Origin: Thermotogota bacterium
Lineage (GTDB): Bacteria > Thermotogota > Thermotogae > Petrotogales > Kosmotogaceae
DNA length: 57,515 nt
Assembly (NCBI GenBank): GCA_034660555.1
Contig: JAYEJL010000057.1
Coordinates: 1 to 57,515 of the forward strand
Direction of reading: 5' to 3'
Below, in pieces: positions 19,495 through 29,567 of the stretch (positions are counted from its first letter, which is position 1; each line of letters starts with the position of its first letter). The notes below the pieces were generated by a model. That model did no database searches, had not been told where the DNA came from, and was given only the letters and a program-made list of their open reading frames with translations. The translations under genes and the position numbers were made by a program.

Positions 19495-20508
19495 ATGGCT
19501 TACAGAGTTCTGGTATGGGGATTGGGAGCTATGGGAAGTGGAATTGCTCGTAATGTATTTTCAAAGAAATATTTGAGATTGGTTGGTGCTGTCGAGATCA
19601 ACAAAGACGTTATTGGAAAGGATATTGGTACCGTAATTGATGAAGAAGAATATGGTGCCAAAATATATGATGATCCTGAAAAAGCTATTGAAGAAACCAA
19701 TCCAGATGTTGTCATAATTGCTACAAATTCGTTTATAAAAGAGGTTGAACCGAAGATCCTTCTTGTTCTCAATCGTAGGGTAAATGTGGTTACTATAGCT
19801 GAAGAGATGGCTTATCCATTCTATTCACATCCCGAAAATTCTGAAACTATTCATAATACAGCAGTTAGAAATGGAGTCACCGTTATCGGTACCGGAATAA
19901 ATCCCGGATTTATTATGGATGTTCTAGCAATTGCGATTTCCGGGACGTGTTTGAATGTTAGCAAGGTATTTGCTAAAAGAGTTAATGACCTGTCACCCTT
20001 TGGCAAAACTGTTATGGGAACCCAGGGCGTGGGCACAACGCCACAGAAATTCAATGAAGGACTGAAAAAGGGCACCATTGTTGGCCATATAGGATTTCAG
20101 CAGTCAATAAGGATGATTGCGGATGCCCTTGGTTGGGAGCTGACGAAGATTGAAGAAACACGTGAACCCATCATTTCGAAAACAAAAAGAAGTACACCTG
20201 TGGTTAATGTAGAGCCTGGCATGGTGGCTGGTTGTAAACATATAGGAAAAGGTTACATCAATGATGAACCTGTAATCGAACTCGTACACCCACAGCAAAT
20301 CCAGCCAGAAAAGGAATCTGTGGAAACAGGTGATTACATCATTATTGATGGTGAACCGAAAATAAATCTTTCGATTCAACCAGAAATACCCGGAGGGAAA
20401 GGAACAATAGCTATCGCTACAAATGTTATAGGAGATGTTGTTGAGGCTGAACCTGGTTTCATAAGCATGTTGGAACTCCCGGTACCAAGAATGATGATCA
20501 ATCGTTAG
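19495..20508 (+). CDS. ord: 2,4-diaminopentanoate dehydrogenase
   Basis: WGLGAMGSG, TGINPGF, RVNDLSPFG, GHIGF, HPQQI, PEIPGG; first gene of the ortAB-oraSE cluster. Confidence 0.9.
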   Translation: MAYRVLVWGLGAMGSGIARNVFSKKYLRLVGAVEINKDVIGKDIGTVIDEEEYGAKIYDDPEKAIEETNPDVVIIATNSFIKEVEPKILLVLNRRVNVVTIAEEMAYPFYSHPENSETIHNTAVRNGVTVIGTGINPGFIMDVLAIAISGTCLNVSKVFAKRVNDLSPFGKTVMGTQGVGTTPQKFNEGLKKGTIVGHIGFQQSIRMIADALGWELTKIEETREPIISKTKRSTPVVNVEPGMVAGCKHIGKGYINDEPVIELVHPQQIQPEKESVETGDYIIIDGEPKINLSIQPEIPGGKGTIAIATNVIGDVVEAEPGFISMLELPVPRMMINR

Positions 20509-20521
20509 GTGAGGTGGTTGA

Positions 20522-20845
20522 ATGATTGCTAAAAAAGGCGATTGGGTACAGATCAAAAGAATTGTTTTGAAACCCGAAGAACGAAGCTCTAATGTTCCAG
20601 AGGATACATCTAAGGTTCCGCTGGAAATGAGATTAAAGGGTTATCTTGAAAATGAAACGGCAAATATTGGAGACGACGTTAAAGTAAAAACGATTATAGG
20701 AAGAACAGAATACGGTACACTTATTGCTGTTAATCCTAAATATGATCATGGCTTTGGCGAGCACATCAAGGAGCTTTATAATGCTGGGACCGAGCTTGTT
20801 GAACTATTACGTAAAATAGACAATGAGGATGATAATCATGAGTAA
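20522..20845 (+). CDS. ortA: 2-amino-4-oxopentanoate thiolase alpha subunit
   Basis: AKKGDWV, ER…VPEDT…PLE, NPKYDHGFG. Confidence 0.9.
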   Translation: MIAKKGDWVQIKRIVLKPEERSSNVPEDTSKVPLEMRLKGYLENETANIGDDVKVKTIIGRTEYGTLIAVNPKYDHGFGEHIKELYNAGTELVELLRKIDNEDDNHE

Positions 20846-22253
20846 TAGATCATACGAAGCAGTAATGAGTAGAAAAAATGAAATAATGAAAGCTTCCGTA
20901 GGAATAGATTATGACTCTTTTGAAAATGAAGGAATCTCTTTTGATTACGAAGGTATGATGAGCAGTGCGGGATTTTCACTTGATGAAGTATCTTCAATAC
21001 AAAAGGAAACAGGAGTGGGCAATACCTCTTTGGTAGAGCTCAAGAATATCAACAAGCTAGTTCGATATCTTTCTGACAAAGGAAAAGGAGCGAGGATTTT
21101 CTTAAAGGATGAAGCGTCAAATCCTTCTGGGAGTTTTAAAGACCGCAGGGCTTCAGTTAGTGTATACAAAGCAAAGGAACTCGGATATAAAGGAGTTATC
21201 GCTGCGACAAGCGGGAATTATGGTGCTGCGGTTGCTTCGCAGGCTGTTAAAAGAGGACTTAAGTGCATTGTGGTGCAGGAAACATATGACAGTAAAGGAA
21301 GAGGACAGCCAGAAATACTTGAAAAGGGCAGAGCCTGTGAAAGCTACGGTGCAGAGGTTTTACAGCTAACAGTTGGACCAGAGCTTTTTTATTACTTTCT
21401 TTTGTTGCTGGAAGAAACCGGATACTTCAACGCTTCACTTTACACGCCTTACGGAATAAATGGAGTGGAAACGCTGGGTTATGAACTTGTTCAGCAGGTA
21501 CGTGAGCAAACAGACAGAGATCCAGACTACGTTATTGTTACTAACGCAGGAGGAGGTAATCTTACCGGAACAGCCAGAGGTATTCAAAAGGCTAATTCTG
21601 ATAAAACAAGGATAATCGCTGCAAGTGTTGACTTGTACGGTTTACATATGGCAAGCGATAACGATTTCAATAAAAAGTCATTCACTACCGGTCATACCGG
21701 TTTTGGAATCCCCTTCTCGGTTTTTCCCGATAGATCTGACGTACCAAGGAACGCCGCAAGAGCACTCCGTTATATGGATGAATATTATCTAGTAACCCAG
21801 GGAGAAGTATTTTATGTGACAGAGATGCTTTCCAGGCTTGAAGGAATGCAACGTGGCCCGGCTGGGAACACATCATTAGCAGTGGCGGTTGCTCTGGCAA
21901 GAAAACTACCGGAAGATAAAATAATTGTTGTTCAGGAAACAGAATACACGGGAGCGGGAAAATTACCCACAGCGCAACTCTCTTTTGCCAAAAAGCAAGG
22001 TATAGAAATTGTTAGAGGCAAACCTTCAGAGCTCGATGAACCCGGCAAAAGAATTGTGATACCAGAGAAACCCGAACAACTGCAATTGAAAGAAGTCTCT
22101 CTGGATAGATTGAGAAGATCGTATATGAAACAGTTGAGAAAAAGAGGAGTAAGCAGTTTAGGTGGGAAGGATATTGAATTTCTTGCGGAAGAACTGAATA
22201 CAAATACGGATAATATAGAAGATATTAGCAAGGAGGTTTTTTCAGATGGCTGA
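20838..22253 (+). CDS. ortB: 2-amino-4-oxopentanoate thiolase beta subunit (PLP)
   Basis: SYEAVMSRKNEIM, NPSGSFKDRRA, ATSGNYG, GPAGNTS, QETEYTGAGK. Confidence 0.92.
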   Translation: MSNRSYEAVMSRKNEIMKASVGIDYDSFENEGISFDYEGMMSSAGFSLDEVSSIQKETGVGNTSLVELKNINKLVRYLSDKGKGARIFLKDEASNPSGSFKDRRASVSVYKAKELGYKGVIAATSGNYGAAVASQAVKRGLKCIVVQETYDSKGRGQPEILEKGRACESYGAEVLQLTVGPELFYYFLLLLEETGYFNASLYTPYGINGVETLGYELVQQVREQTDRDPDYVIVTNAGGGNLTGTARGIQKANSDKTRIIAASVDLYGLHMASDNDFNKKSFTTGHTGFGIPFSVFPDRSDVPRNAARALRYMDEYYLVTQGEVFYVTEMLSRLEGMQRGPAGNTSLAVAVALARKLPEDKIIVVQETEYTGAGKLPTAQLSFAKKQGIEIVRGKPSELDEPGKRIVIPEKPEQLQLKEVSLDRLRRSYMKQLRKRGVSSLGGKDIEFLAEELNTNTDNIEDISKEVFSDG

Positions 22254-22614
22254 ACAGAGGCGGGATAATTTCAAATCCAGAAGTAAACATCTAAAAGAAA
22301 TGAGTGATGAAGAACTGGACAGATATTTTTGGGAACTCGCAGATCGAATTACTGAACCCTTGATTAATCTGGCAAAGGATCACACTTCCCCTTCGATTGA
22401 ACGTTCTGTATTGCTGCGAATGGGATTCAACAGTCTTGAGGTAAAGACAATCACAGATAAACTGGTTGATATGGGACTACTTGGAAAGGGAGCAGGACAT
22501 GTTGTATATAGGATTTCAAAGATCACAAACGAAGACATTATCCCAACCGGTAAAAAACTTGCTTCAGGAGAGTTATGGGATCTTGTTGAGCAGGAATTCA
22601 AGGGGGTGAAATGA
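22246..22614 (+). CDS. oraS: D-ornithine 4,5-aminomutase S (alpha) subunit
   Basis: FWEL…HTSPSIERSVLLRMGF…GLLGKGAG. Confidence 0.92.
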   Translation: MAEQRRDNFKSRSKHLKEMSDEELDRYFWELADRITEPLINLAKDHTSPSIERSVLLRMGFNSLEVKTITDKLVDMGLLGKGAGHVVYRISKITNEDIIPTGKKLASGELWDLVEQEFKGVK

Positions 22615-24809
22615 TGAAACTTCCTGAAAACAAAAAACTTGATATAGATGAGATTTTGAAGGATCTGGAACACTACAGTCCAAGAAGAAAGGGCTGGACT
22701 TGGAGAAAGATTCTTCCAAAAGGAACGAAAGTGGGCAATTTTTCATACGATCAGATCAGTGAACCTGTGGCAAAAAGTATACCACTCCCTGCAGCGCATT
22801 ATTTTGGTAATATAGATCCTCAACCAGATGCAGTTATTACATCGGAGATCGCTTCAGGTAGGTTCGAAGATGATTTAAGAAGAATGAGAATGGCTGCATG
22901 GCATGGCGCTGATCACATAATGGTCATTAGAACACTGGGACAGAGTCATATAGATGGATTGATGGAGGGTACCCCTGAAGGAACTGGAGGTATTCCGATA
23001 ACGAGAAAACAGATAAGAGCTTCAAGAAAAGCACTGGATATTATAGAAGATGAGGTTGGAAGGCCCATTAATTATCACAGCTATGTTAGCGGTGTTGCAG
23101 GTCCTGAAATTGCAGTTTTATTTGTGGAGGAGGGCGTAAACGGTGCTCATCAGGATCCACAATATAATGTGCTTTATAGGGGAATAAATCCTGTACGTTC
23201 CTTTGTTGATGCTGCTGAGGCAAAGAAGATTATGTCAAGTGTTGACATGCTACAAATAGATGGTGCTCATAACGCCAATGCTTCTGCAAAAATGGCCTGG
23301 AAGGTAATGCCTGAACTTTTTGTTCAACATGCCATCAATTCAAGTTTTTCAGTAAAAGCTGGTATGAAAAAGGAAAATATTGCACTATCGACAGTCCCAC
23401 CGGTAGTCTCTCCGACACCGGAATTCAAATTGAATTTCATTTATGCGCTTACTCTTAGAGAGTTGTTCAAAGGTTTCAAATTCAGAGCACAAATGAACAC
23501 CCGTTACATTGAATCGGATTTATTTGATGCTACAAGGGTACATGTTCTGGATACTCTGATTTCTCGTTTAACTTCGGTCGATGTTCAGTCAACAATAACG
23601 CCCGATGAGGGTCGAAACGTACCATGGCATGTCAATTCTGTCAGGGGTATTGAAACAGCCAAACATACACTAATTGCTCTGGATGGCATAAAAGATATCT
23701 TGAAGGTTAACGATGAATATGTAAGACCAATAATGAGAGAACTTAAAATGAGAGCGATTCTCATGATGGAGGAAATTCTTGAAATTGGTGGATACTTTGA
23801 AGCTGTTGAACAGGGATTTTTTGTTGATAACGGATATTATCCTGAGAGAAATGGTGATGGCATAGCAAGGAAGAAGGACGGTGGAATAGGAGCCGGGAGT
23901 GTGGTACCAAGAGATGAAGATTACATGGCTCCTGTATGTGAGCATTTTGGAAACAACAATCTTCCCGATGATATTGATAAGCCCTGTGACTTGATCGGTG
24001 GCTGCACATTACACAATTCCGACAAGATTCAGTATATTGACGAGCTTGATGAAACAGACAATGTTGAAATAAGAATGAAAGAATCAGAGAAATTCAGAAA
24101 GAGTTCTATGATCAAACCGGAAGTAGAATGGTCCGGCGATGGTATAATACAGATCGACTTAACAATACCTGAAGATCAGGATCATGCGGAAGCGGCAGCA
24201 ATTGCCATAGCAAAGAAACTTGGTCTTGAAGATCCGACTGTGCTTAATAAAACTCCACTACATCCAAAAGAAGGTACTTATATTGAGTTGAAGGCCAAAG
24301 TTCCCTTTGAGATCGATAAGAAAGAACTTGAACTGCCTCAGAAACCTGATATTCTACCTGAAGAAGATATTACGAAATTCGTCTCAAAAAATCCATTGCA
24401 TGTTGTTGCAGGCACTGTGGGAAATGATGAACATTCTGTTGGTTTGAGAGAGATTCTGGATATTAAACATTCTGGAATAGAGAAATTTGGTATAAAGTAC
24501 ACATATCTGGGAACCAGCGTACCCCCAGAAAAATTCATAGATGCTGCGATAGAAATTGGTGCTGATGCAATTCTCGTTTCTACGATAATTACCCATAACG
24601 AGGTACATGTGGAGAACATGAAAAAAATCCATCAGCTTGCCATTGAAAAAGGTATCAGGGATAAGGTTATGATTATCGCAGGTGGAACTCAGATTAACAA
24701 CGAGCTCGCAGTTAATTGTGGAATGGATGCAGGTTTTGGAAGAGGCACCAAGGGTATTCATGTTGCTACATTCCTTGTAAAAAAGAAAAAGTTAAAAAAA
24801 GAGAAATGA
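22611..24809 (+). CDS. oraE: D-ornithine 4,5-aminomutase E (beta) subunit (AdoCbl + PLP)
   Basis: PRRKGWTWR, EIASGRFEDD, B12 motif DEHSVG, PLP lysine in DIKH, DAGFGRGT. Confidence 0.95.
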   Translation: MMKLPENKKLDIDEILKDLEHYSPRRKGWTWRKILPKGTKVGNFSYDQISEPVAKSIPLPAAHYFGNIDPQPDAVITSEIASGRFEDDLRRMRMAAWHGADHIMVIRTLGQSHIDGLMEGTPEGTGGIPITRKQIRASRKALDIIEDEVGRPINYHSYVSGVAGPEIAVLFVEEGVNGAHQDPQYNVLYRGINPVRSFVDAAEAKKIMSSVDMLQIDGAHNANASAKMAWKVMPELFVQHAINSSFSVKAGMKKENIALSTVPPVVSPTPEFKLNFIYALTLRELFKGFKFRAQMNTRYIESDLFDATRVHVLDTLISRLTSVDVQSTITPDEGRNVPWHVNSVRGIETAKHTLIALDGIKDILKVNDEYVRPIMRELKMRAILMMEEILEIGGYFEAVEQGFFVDNGYYPERNGDGIARKKDGGIGAGSVVPRDEDYMAPVCEHFGNNNLPDDIDKPCDLIGGCTLHNSDKIQYIDELDETDNVEIRMKESEKFRKSSMIKPEVEWSGDGIIQIDLTIPEDQDHAEAAAIAIAKKLGLEDPTVLNKTPLHPKEGTYIELKAKVPFEIDKKELELPQKPDILPEEDITKFVSKNPLHVVAGTVGNDEHSVGLREILDIKHSGIEKFGIKYTYLGTSVPPEKFIDAAIEIGADAILVSTIITHNEVHVENMKKIHQLAIEKGIRDKVMIIAGGTQINNELAVNCGMDAGFGRGTKGIHVATFLVKKKKLKKEK

Positions 24810-24824
24810 ATTAGGAGAAAATTG

Positions 24825-24851
24825 AAAGGCGGCTTAAATGCCGCCTTTTTT
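24825..24851 (+). terminator. Intrinsic terminator of the ornithine operon
   Basis: AAAGGCGGC-ttaaat-GCCGCC-TTTTTT. Confidence 0.85.
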
Positions 24852-24910
24852 ACGTTATACTTAATATTACGATACAAGTATTAGATGCTAAAAAATCTGG
24901 AGGTAAAAGT

Positions 24911-25870
24911 GTGGATATAAAATCGCTTGTAAATTCCACTGTTGATGAGATCAAGAGTATTTCGAATAAGCTACTTGTTGCCTTTTCAGGTGGAAAGGAT
25001 AGTACGCTCGTTGCTTTATTAGCTAAAGAAGCACTGGGAAAAGAGAATGTAATGCTATTGAATGTTACCTTTGGCCCCTATACCTACAGTAAAGCAATTG
25101 AAAACGTACTCAACATAAGTGAAAGGTTGAACATCGGGATAGATTTTAGATCTGGTAGGGAAATGCAGGAACGGGTATGGAAAAATGGACCATCCTGTAA
25201 CAGGTGCACCAAACATGCAAAGTATGCAGCGCTTAATAATTACAAAGATAGGATAATTGCAACAGGTTCAAATCAATCAGATAGTTGGGGGAAGACCGGC
25301 ATAAAAATAAAGGACAATTTGTATTCACCAATTAGAAGTTGGACGAAAAATGATATTCAGAAAGCACTTGATTACTTTGGATTTGAGGTTCCTCGTATCG
25401 GTGAAGGAAATATAAGGGAAGGGTGTAAGCTGAAGCATTTGTTAAAAATAATGGCAAATCCTTCATTTCATGGTTACGCTGTTTCCACAGCAAATGAGGT
25501 ATTGCTTGATCACATAGGTTCGATGGAAAGAGAAATCGCAAATGTTAAAATAATTGGACCTTTGTCAAAAAATATCGCACTAATTAACGTCAAGCCCGTA
25601 CCAGATATTTCGTTAAGAGAAACGATATCCAGCAGGATATTAAGCATTGATGGAATACATGATGTAAAATGGATTATGCAACCTGTAAAACTCAAGGTGG
25701 TTGCGAATCCAGCGCTGTATAGAACAGAACATTCCAGAAAATGGGTGGTTGATGGACGTTTGAAGCCAGAGTTTGCTTTCCCGATTAAAGTAGAGTGGAT
25801 TGAGTCAAAGAATAATAAATTACACACATTTCAGATCGTTGAGTGTTTGGAGGAAAATTATCATGATTAA
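24911..25870 (+). CDS. PP-loop (adenine nucleotide alpha-hydrolase) ATPase, ExsB/QueC/LarE-like, function unknown
   Basis: VAFSGGKDS PP-loop, CNRC, later EGC. Confidence 0.75.
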   Translation: MDIKSLVNSTVDEIKSISNKLLVAFSGGKDSTLVALLAKEALGKENVMLLNVTFGPYTYSKAIENVLNISERLNIGIDFRSGREMQERVWKNGPSCNRCTKHAKYAALNNYKDRIIATGSNQSDSWGKTGIKIKDNLYSPIRSWTKNDIQKALDYFGFEVPRIGEGNIREGCKLKHLLKIMANPSFHGYAVSTANEVLLDHIGSMEREIANVKIIGPLSKNIALINVKPVPDISLRETISSRILSIDGIHDVKWIMQPVKLKVVANPALYRTEHSRKWVVDGRLKPEFAFPIKVEWIESKNNKLHTFQIVECLEENYHD

Positions 25871-26696
25871 ACTTATTGTGATTGATCTTGATGGCACACT
25901 GCTTGATCACAACAAAAAGATTAGCGATGACAATATAAAAGCTTTGAAAAGATCCATAGAAAAAGGTGTAGAAGTTTCCATATCAACAGGAAGAAGTTAT
26001 ATCTCGGCAAAGGAATATATTGAACAACTGGAACTTGATATACCGGTAGTATACCAAAACGGAGCATTAATTCTACATGGGGCTGACAAAAATAGAATTC
26101 TAAGAGCAATAAAGTTAGATTCAACCATTGCGCGAAATATAATAACAGAAGCAAAGAAGGCAAAGGTAAACTGCGTTCTGTATAGAGATTTTTTTGAATT
26201 TCCCGACATGCATGTAGAAGAGATCCCAGATACTCCATATGCTAGTTATTATGAACATAACCGTTTTAGAATACGTGTGTGTGATGATATTGTCGATCAT
26301 ATTGATCACGATGGTGTTGTTGAAGTCGCGCTGGAAGGGCCTGAAAGGAAAATTTTAGAAGTAATTGAGAAGATTAAACATTTCTCTGAAAGTATATCTA
26401 TAGTGAAGAATAACACCATAAAACATCATTCATTTTATGAATTTTTTGGGCCGGGTGTTCGGAAATCTATTGGTCTGAATTATTTGCGAAATGTATCAGG
26501 CACTGAAAAAAACGAAGTGGCATATATTGGAGATAACTACAATGATCTTGATGTAATGAAGGAAGCGGGTTTTTCCGTAGCCATGAAAAATGCGCCTGAA
26601 GATGTTAAGAGACACGCGGATTATGTAACCAGCAATACCAATGATGAAAGTGGCGTGGCTGAAGCAGTAGAGAAGATACTAAAGGAGCATGATTGA
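25863..26696 (+). CDS. Cof-type HAD-IIB hydrolase
   Basis: DLDGTLL, STGR, K, GDNYND motifs; ATG 25863 after GGAGG. Confidence 0.92.
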   Translation: MIKLIVIDLDGTLLDHNKKISDDNIKALKRSIEKGVEVSISTGRSYISAKEYIEQLELDIPVVYQNGALILHGADKNRILRAIKLDSTIARNIITEAKKAKVNCVLYRDFFEFPDMHVEEIPDTPYASYYEHNRFRIRVCDDIVDHIDHDGVVEVALEGPERKILEVIEKIKHFSESISIVKNNTIKHHSFYEFFGPGVRKSIGLNYLRNVSGTEKNEVAYIGDNYNDLDVMKEAGFSVAMKNAPEDVKRHADYVTSNTNDESGVAEAVEKILKEHD

Positions 26697-28227
26697 ATTG
26701 CCCGGTATAGTTATATCATCATTACTGGTAGCGCTTTCGATGCCCGGAATGCTATGGGGAGGACTGATTTGGTTTGCTCTTGTACCACTTTTCTTCACAC
26801 TGGAGAAGCTCAGTCCGGTAAAAGCAGGTTTCGCAGGGTTTCTGTTTGGCTATATCTATCTCATGGTTTCACATTTCTGGGTATTTCCGGTGTTATCAGT
26901 AAATGTTCCAGAGGTACTTAACAGATTTCCTTCGTTTGTAGGAGCCATAACATTTTTCTTAATGGGCGTCATCATGGCTTTGCCATTTTTTGGATTTGGT
27001 GTGTTTTTTTCTTTCTTTTTGCGCTATTTTAAAGATAAAATGCTACTTTGGTCTGTTACAGTAGCAGCTTTTTTCAGTTTTCTGGAATATCTTAGATCGG
27101 TAGGTGATCTTGGATTTACCGGTGCCAGACTGTCTGATGCTCTGGTTAATCACACGGGAATTCTTCAGCTATCTTCAATTGGTGGCCCACTTCTACTGAT
27201 TTTTGTCGTTGTTTTGTTCAATATGTTAATTTTTTATCAGGCGAAAAAGCTCGGCAGCTGGAAGATAAAGTTGTTAACCCTGGCAGCATTTTTTGGGCTG
27301 GTTTTTGTGGTTAATGGAATGATTGATCGTTTTGTTCCAGTTAATATTATGGATTTAAATGGAAAGAAGCAGGTGTCGGTTATTCAGACAAACTTCACTC
27401 AATCATTAAAATACAGTGATTCAACTGATGAGATATTTGAAGTTGTAAATAATGCACTGTCACAGATTCCTGTTGATTCTGTTGTTATTATGCCTGAAGC
27501 AACTTTTATGTTTGATATAAGAAATTCAGAGTACGGTGATAAATTGCTCAACATTGCTAAAGCTAAGGATTTTGAGATATTGATTGGATTTCCCATCTAT
27601 GAAGAAAAAAACTACAATCAGCTTCGTATAATAAGTGATGAAGGTTTCAGTGATGATTATTACGCAAAAATTAGACTGAGTCCCTTCGCTGAATTTTTAC
27701 CATATCCATCGATTTTTGGAATGTTTGAATTTTTGAAATTTTTGGATTTCTTCAGTGCAGGAGAAAAGTTCACTATTTTTGATATGAAAGAACAGAAGAT
27801 AGGTGCTCAGATATGCTTTGATTCATATTATCCCGAAGTATCAAGGCATCTTGTGAATGAAGGGGCAAAATTGCTGGTCATTTCTACCAATGATGGATGG
27901 TTCAATATAAAAAAGGGTCTGGTACAGCATTTTTCAAAGGCCAGAATGAGAGCTGTTGAAAACAGAATATACGTTGTTCAGGTGTCCAATACAGGGTTCA
28001 CAGGGATTGTTGATCCATATGGCAGGGTTATAAAACGTATGCCATCAATATTCGAGAACGATGATGAATTCATAATAGATGAATTCGAATATGTTCCAGC
28101 TGAAGGGAAGACGCTTTATGCTAGTTTTGGAACAGCAATACCATGGGTATTTTTGGGGATAACGGTACTGTTTTTGATAATTGCAGTTAAACGTGGCAAT
28201 AAAAAACGTTATATCCCGGTTCATTAG
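26689..28227 (+). CDS. lnt: Apolipoprotein N-acyltransferase
   Basis: Multi-TM N-terminus, QTN, nitrilase triad PE / KIRLSPFAE / ICFD, TNDGWF, RAVEN, NTG. Confidence 0.92.
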   Translation: MIELPGIVISSLLVALSMPGMLWGGLIWFALVPLFFTLEKLSPVKAGFAGFLFGYIYLMVSHFWVFPVLSVNVPEVLNRFPSFVGAITFFLMGVIMALPFFGFGVFFSFFLRYFKDKMLLWSVTVAAFFSFLEYLRSVGDLGFTGARLSDALVNHTGILQLSSIGGPLLLIFVVVLFNMLIFYQAKKLGSWKIKLLTLAAFFGLVFVVNGMIDRFVPVNIMDLNGKKQVSVIQTNFTQSLKYSDSTDEIFEVVNNALSQIPVDSVVIMPEATFMFDIRNSEYGDKLLNIAKAKDFEILIGFPIYEEKNYNQLRIISDEGFSDDYYAKIRLSPFAEFLPYPSIFGMFEFLKFLDFFSAGEKFTIFDMKEQKIGAQICFDSYYPEVSRHLVNEGAKLLVISTNDGWFNIKKGLVQHFSKARMRAVENRIYVVQVSNTGFTGIVDPYGRVIKRMPSIFENDDEFIIDEFEYVPAEGKTLYASFGTAIPWVFLGITVLFLIIAVKRGNKKRYIPVH

Positions 28228-28373
28228 GAAAAGTTTTTAACCGGGCAAAAGAGTAATCCCCAACATTGAATTGCTTTGTGATAATAGGATAAACACGTAA
28301 ACATTATGCTGATAAACGTCTCTTTAAGTGCTTGAAAGGGGGGGAAGGCATTAATTAACAATAGTAGAGTTTA

Positions 28374-29555
28374 ATGCCAAACAATATGAACATTGGAATC
28401 TTTACAGATACGTATCTTCCACAGATAAACGGTGTTGTCACCGTAATAAGAAATCTTGAAAAAGGATTAAAGGAACGTGGACACAATGTCTATATTTTTA
28501 CTGTAAAGCATCCAGATACTGATGACGAAGATCACATTATCCGGGTACCTTCTATGAGATTTTTCAGAGAACCCCAGCACAGGATTGGAACTCCTTTATC
28601 GTTGTCTTTACAAAACAGGGTGAAAAACCTTGAACTTGACATCATTCATACCCACACGGAATTCTCCATGTGGGTACAAGCAGTTCAGGTAGCAAAGAAA
28701 TACAAGGTACCAATGGTGCATACAATGCATACTATGTACGATGAGTATGTCAGATATTATTCACCTCTTGTTGAATACTTGATGAAAGATTTGTTTGATT
28801 ACTGGTTGAGTGTCATTTGCAGGGCATCGAATACATTGATTGCTCCTTCTGAGAAAGTAAAAAAACTTCTGCTAAATTATTACGATAAAACTCCGGTAGT
28901 TGTAGTTCCAAATGGTATTGATCTGTCACCTTTTTACACTATACCAGACGATGTTGAAGATAAGAGAAAAAAGTTCCGAAAGCGTTTTGGAATCAAAAAT
29001 GATGAACGAGTGATGATTTTTGTGGGGAGAATGGGAAAAGAAAAGAGTGTGGACAATTTGATTTACAATATCAAACATTTATCTGAATACATACCAAATG
29101 TTAAGCTATTGCTTGTTGGTGATGGACCTGAAAGAAAAAATTATGAGCTTCTAGCTTCGGAACTTGATGTAACTGATAATGTTGTTTTCACTGGTTATCT
29201 TAACTGGCCAGATGAAATTAGTCTTGCCTATCATTCTTCGGATATTTTCGTTAGTGCCTCTCATACTGAAATACATCCCATTACCTTTATCGAAGCAATG
29301 GCAAGTAAACTCCCTGTGGTTGCGTACGATGATTCAAGTATTAAAGATATGGTTATAAACGGCGTAAACGGTTATAAATATAAAACCAAAAAGGAAATGT
29401 GGAAAGGCATGAGGGCCATACTGGAAAACGATAAAATGAAAACTAAAATGTCAAAAAAATCATATGAAATGTCTGGTGAATACACTGTTGAGCGCTTTAC
29501 AGAAAGTACTCTACAGCTTTATGAAAAAGTAAAAAAAGGACTGCTGGTAAATTAG
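28374..29555 (+). CDS. GT4 glycosyltransferase, diacylglycerol glycosyltransferase-like
   Basis: MNIGIFTDTYLPQINGV, IIHTHTEFS, HTMHTMY, VGRMGKEK, EAMAS; true start may be ATG 28386. Confidence 0.88.
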   Translation: MPNNMNIGIFTDTYLPQINGVVTVIRNLEKGLKERGHNVYIFTVKHPDTDDEDHIIRVPSMRFFREPQHRIGTPLSLSLQNRVKNLELDIIHTHTEFSMWVQAVQVAKKYKVPMVHTMHTMYDEYVRYYSPLVEYLMKDLFDYWLSVICRASNTLIAPSEKVKKLLLNYYDKTPVVVVPNGIDLSPFYTIPDDVEDKRKKFRKRFGIKNDERVMIFVGRMGKEKSVDNLIYNIKHLSEYIPNVKLLLVGDGPERKNYELLASELDVTDNVVFTGYLNWPDEISLAYHSSDIFVSASHTEIHPITFIEAMASKLPVVAYDDSSIKDMVINGVNGYKYKTKKEMWKGMRAILENDKMKTKMSKKSYEMSGEYTVERFTESTLQLYEKVKKGLLVN

Positions 29556-29567
29556 TTTGGAGGTACT

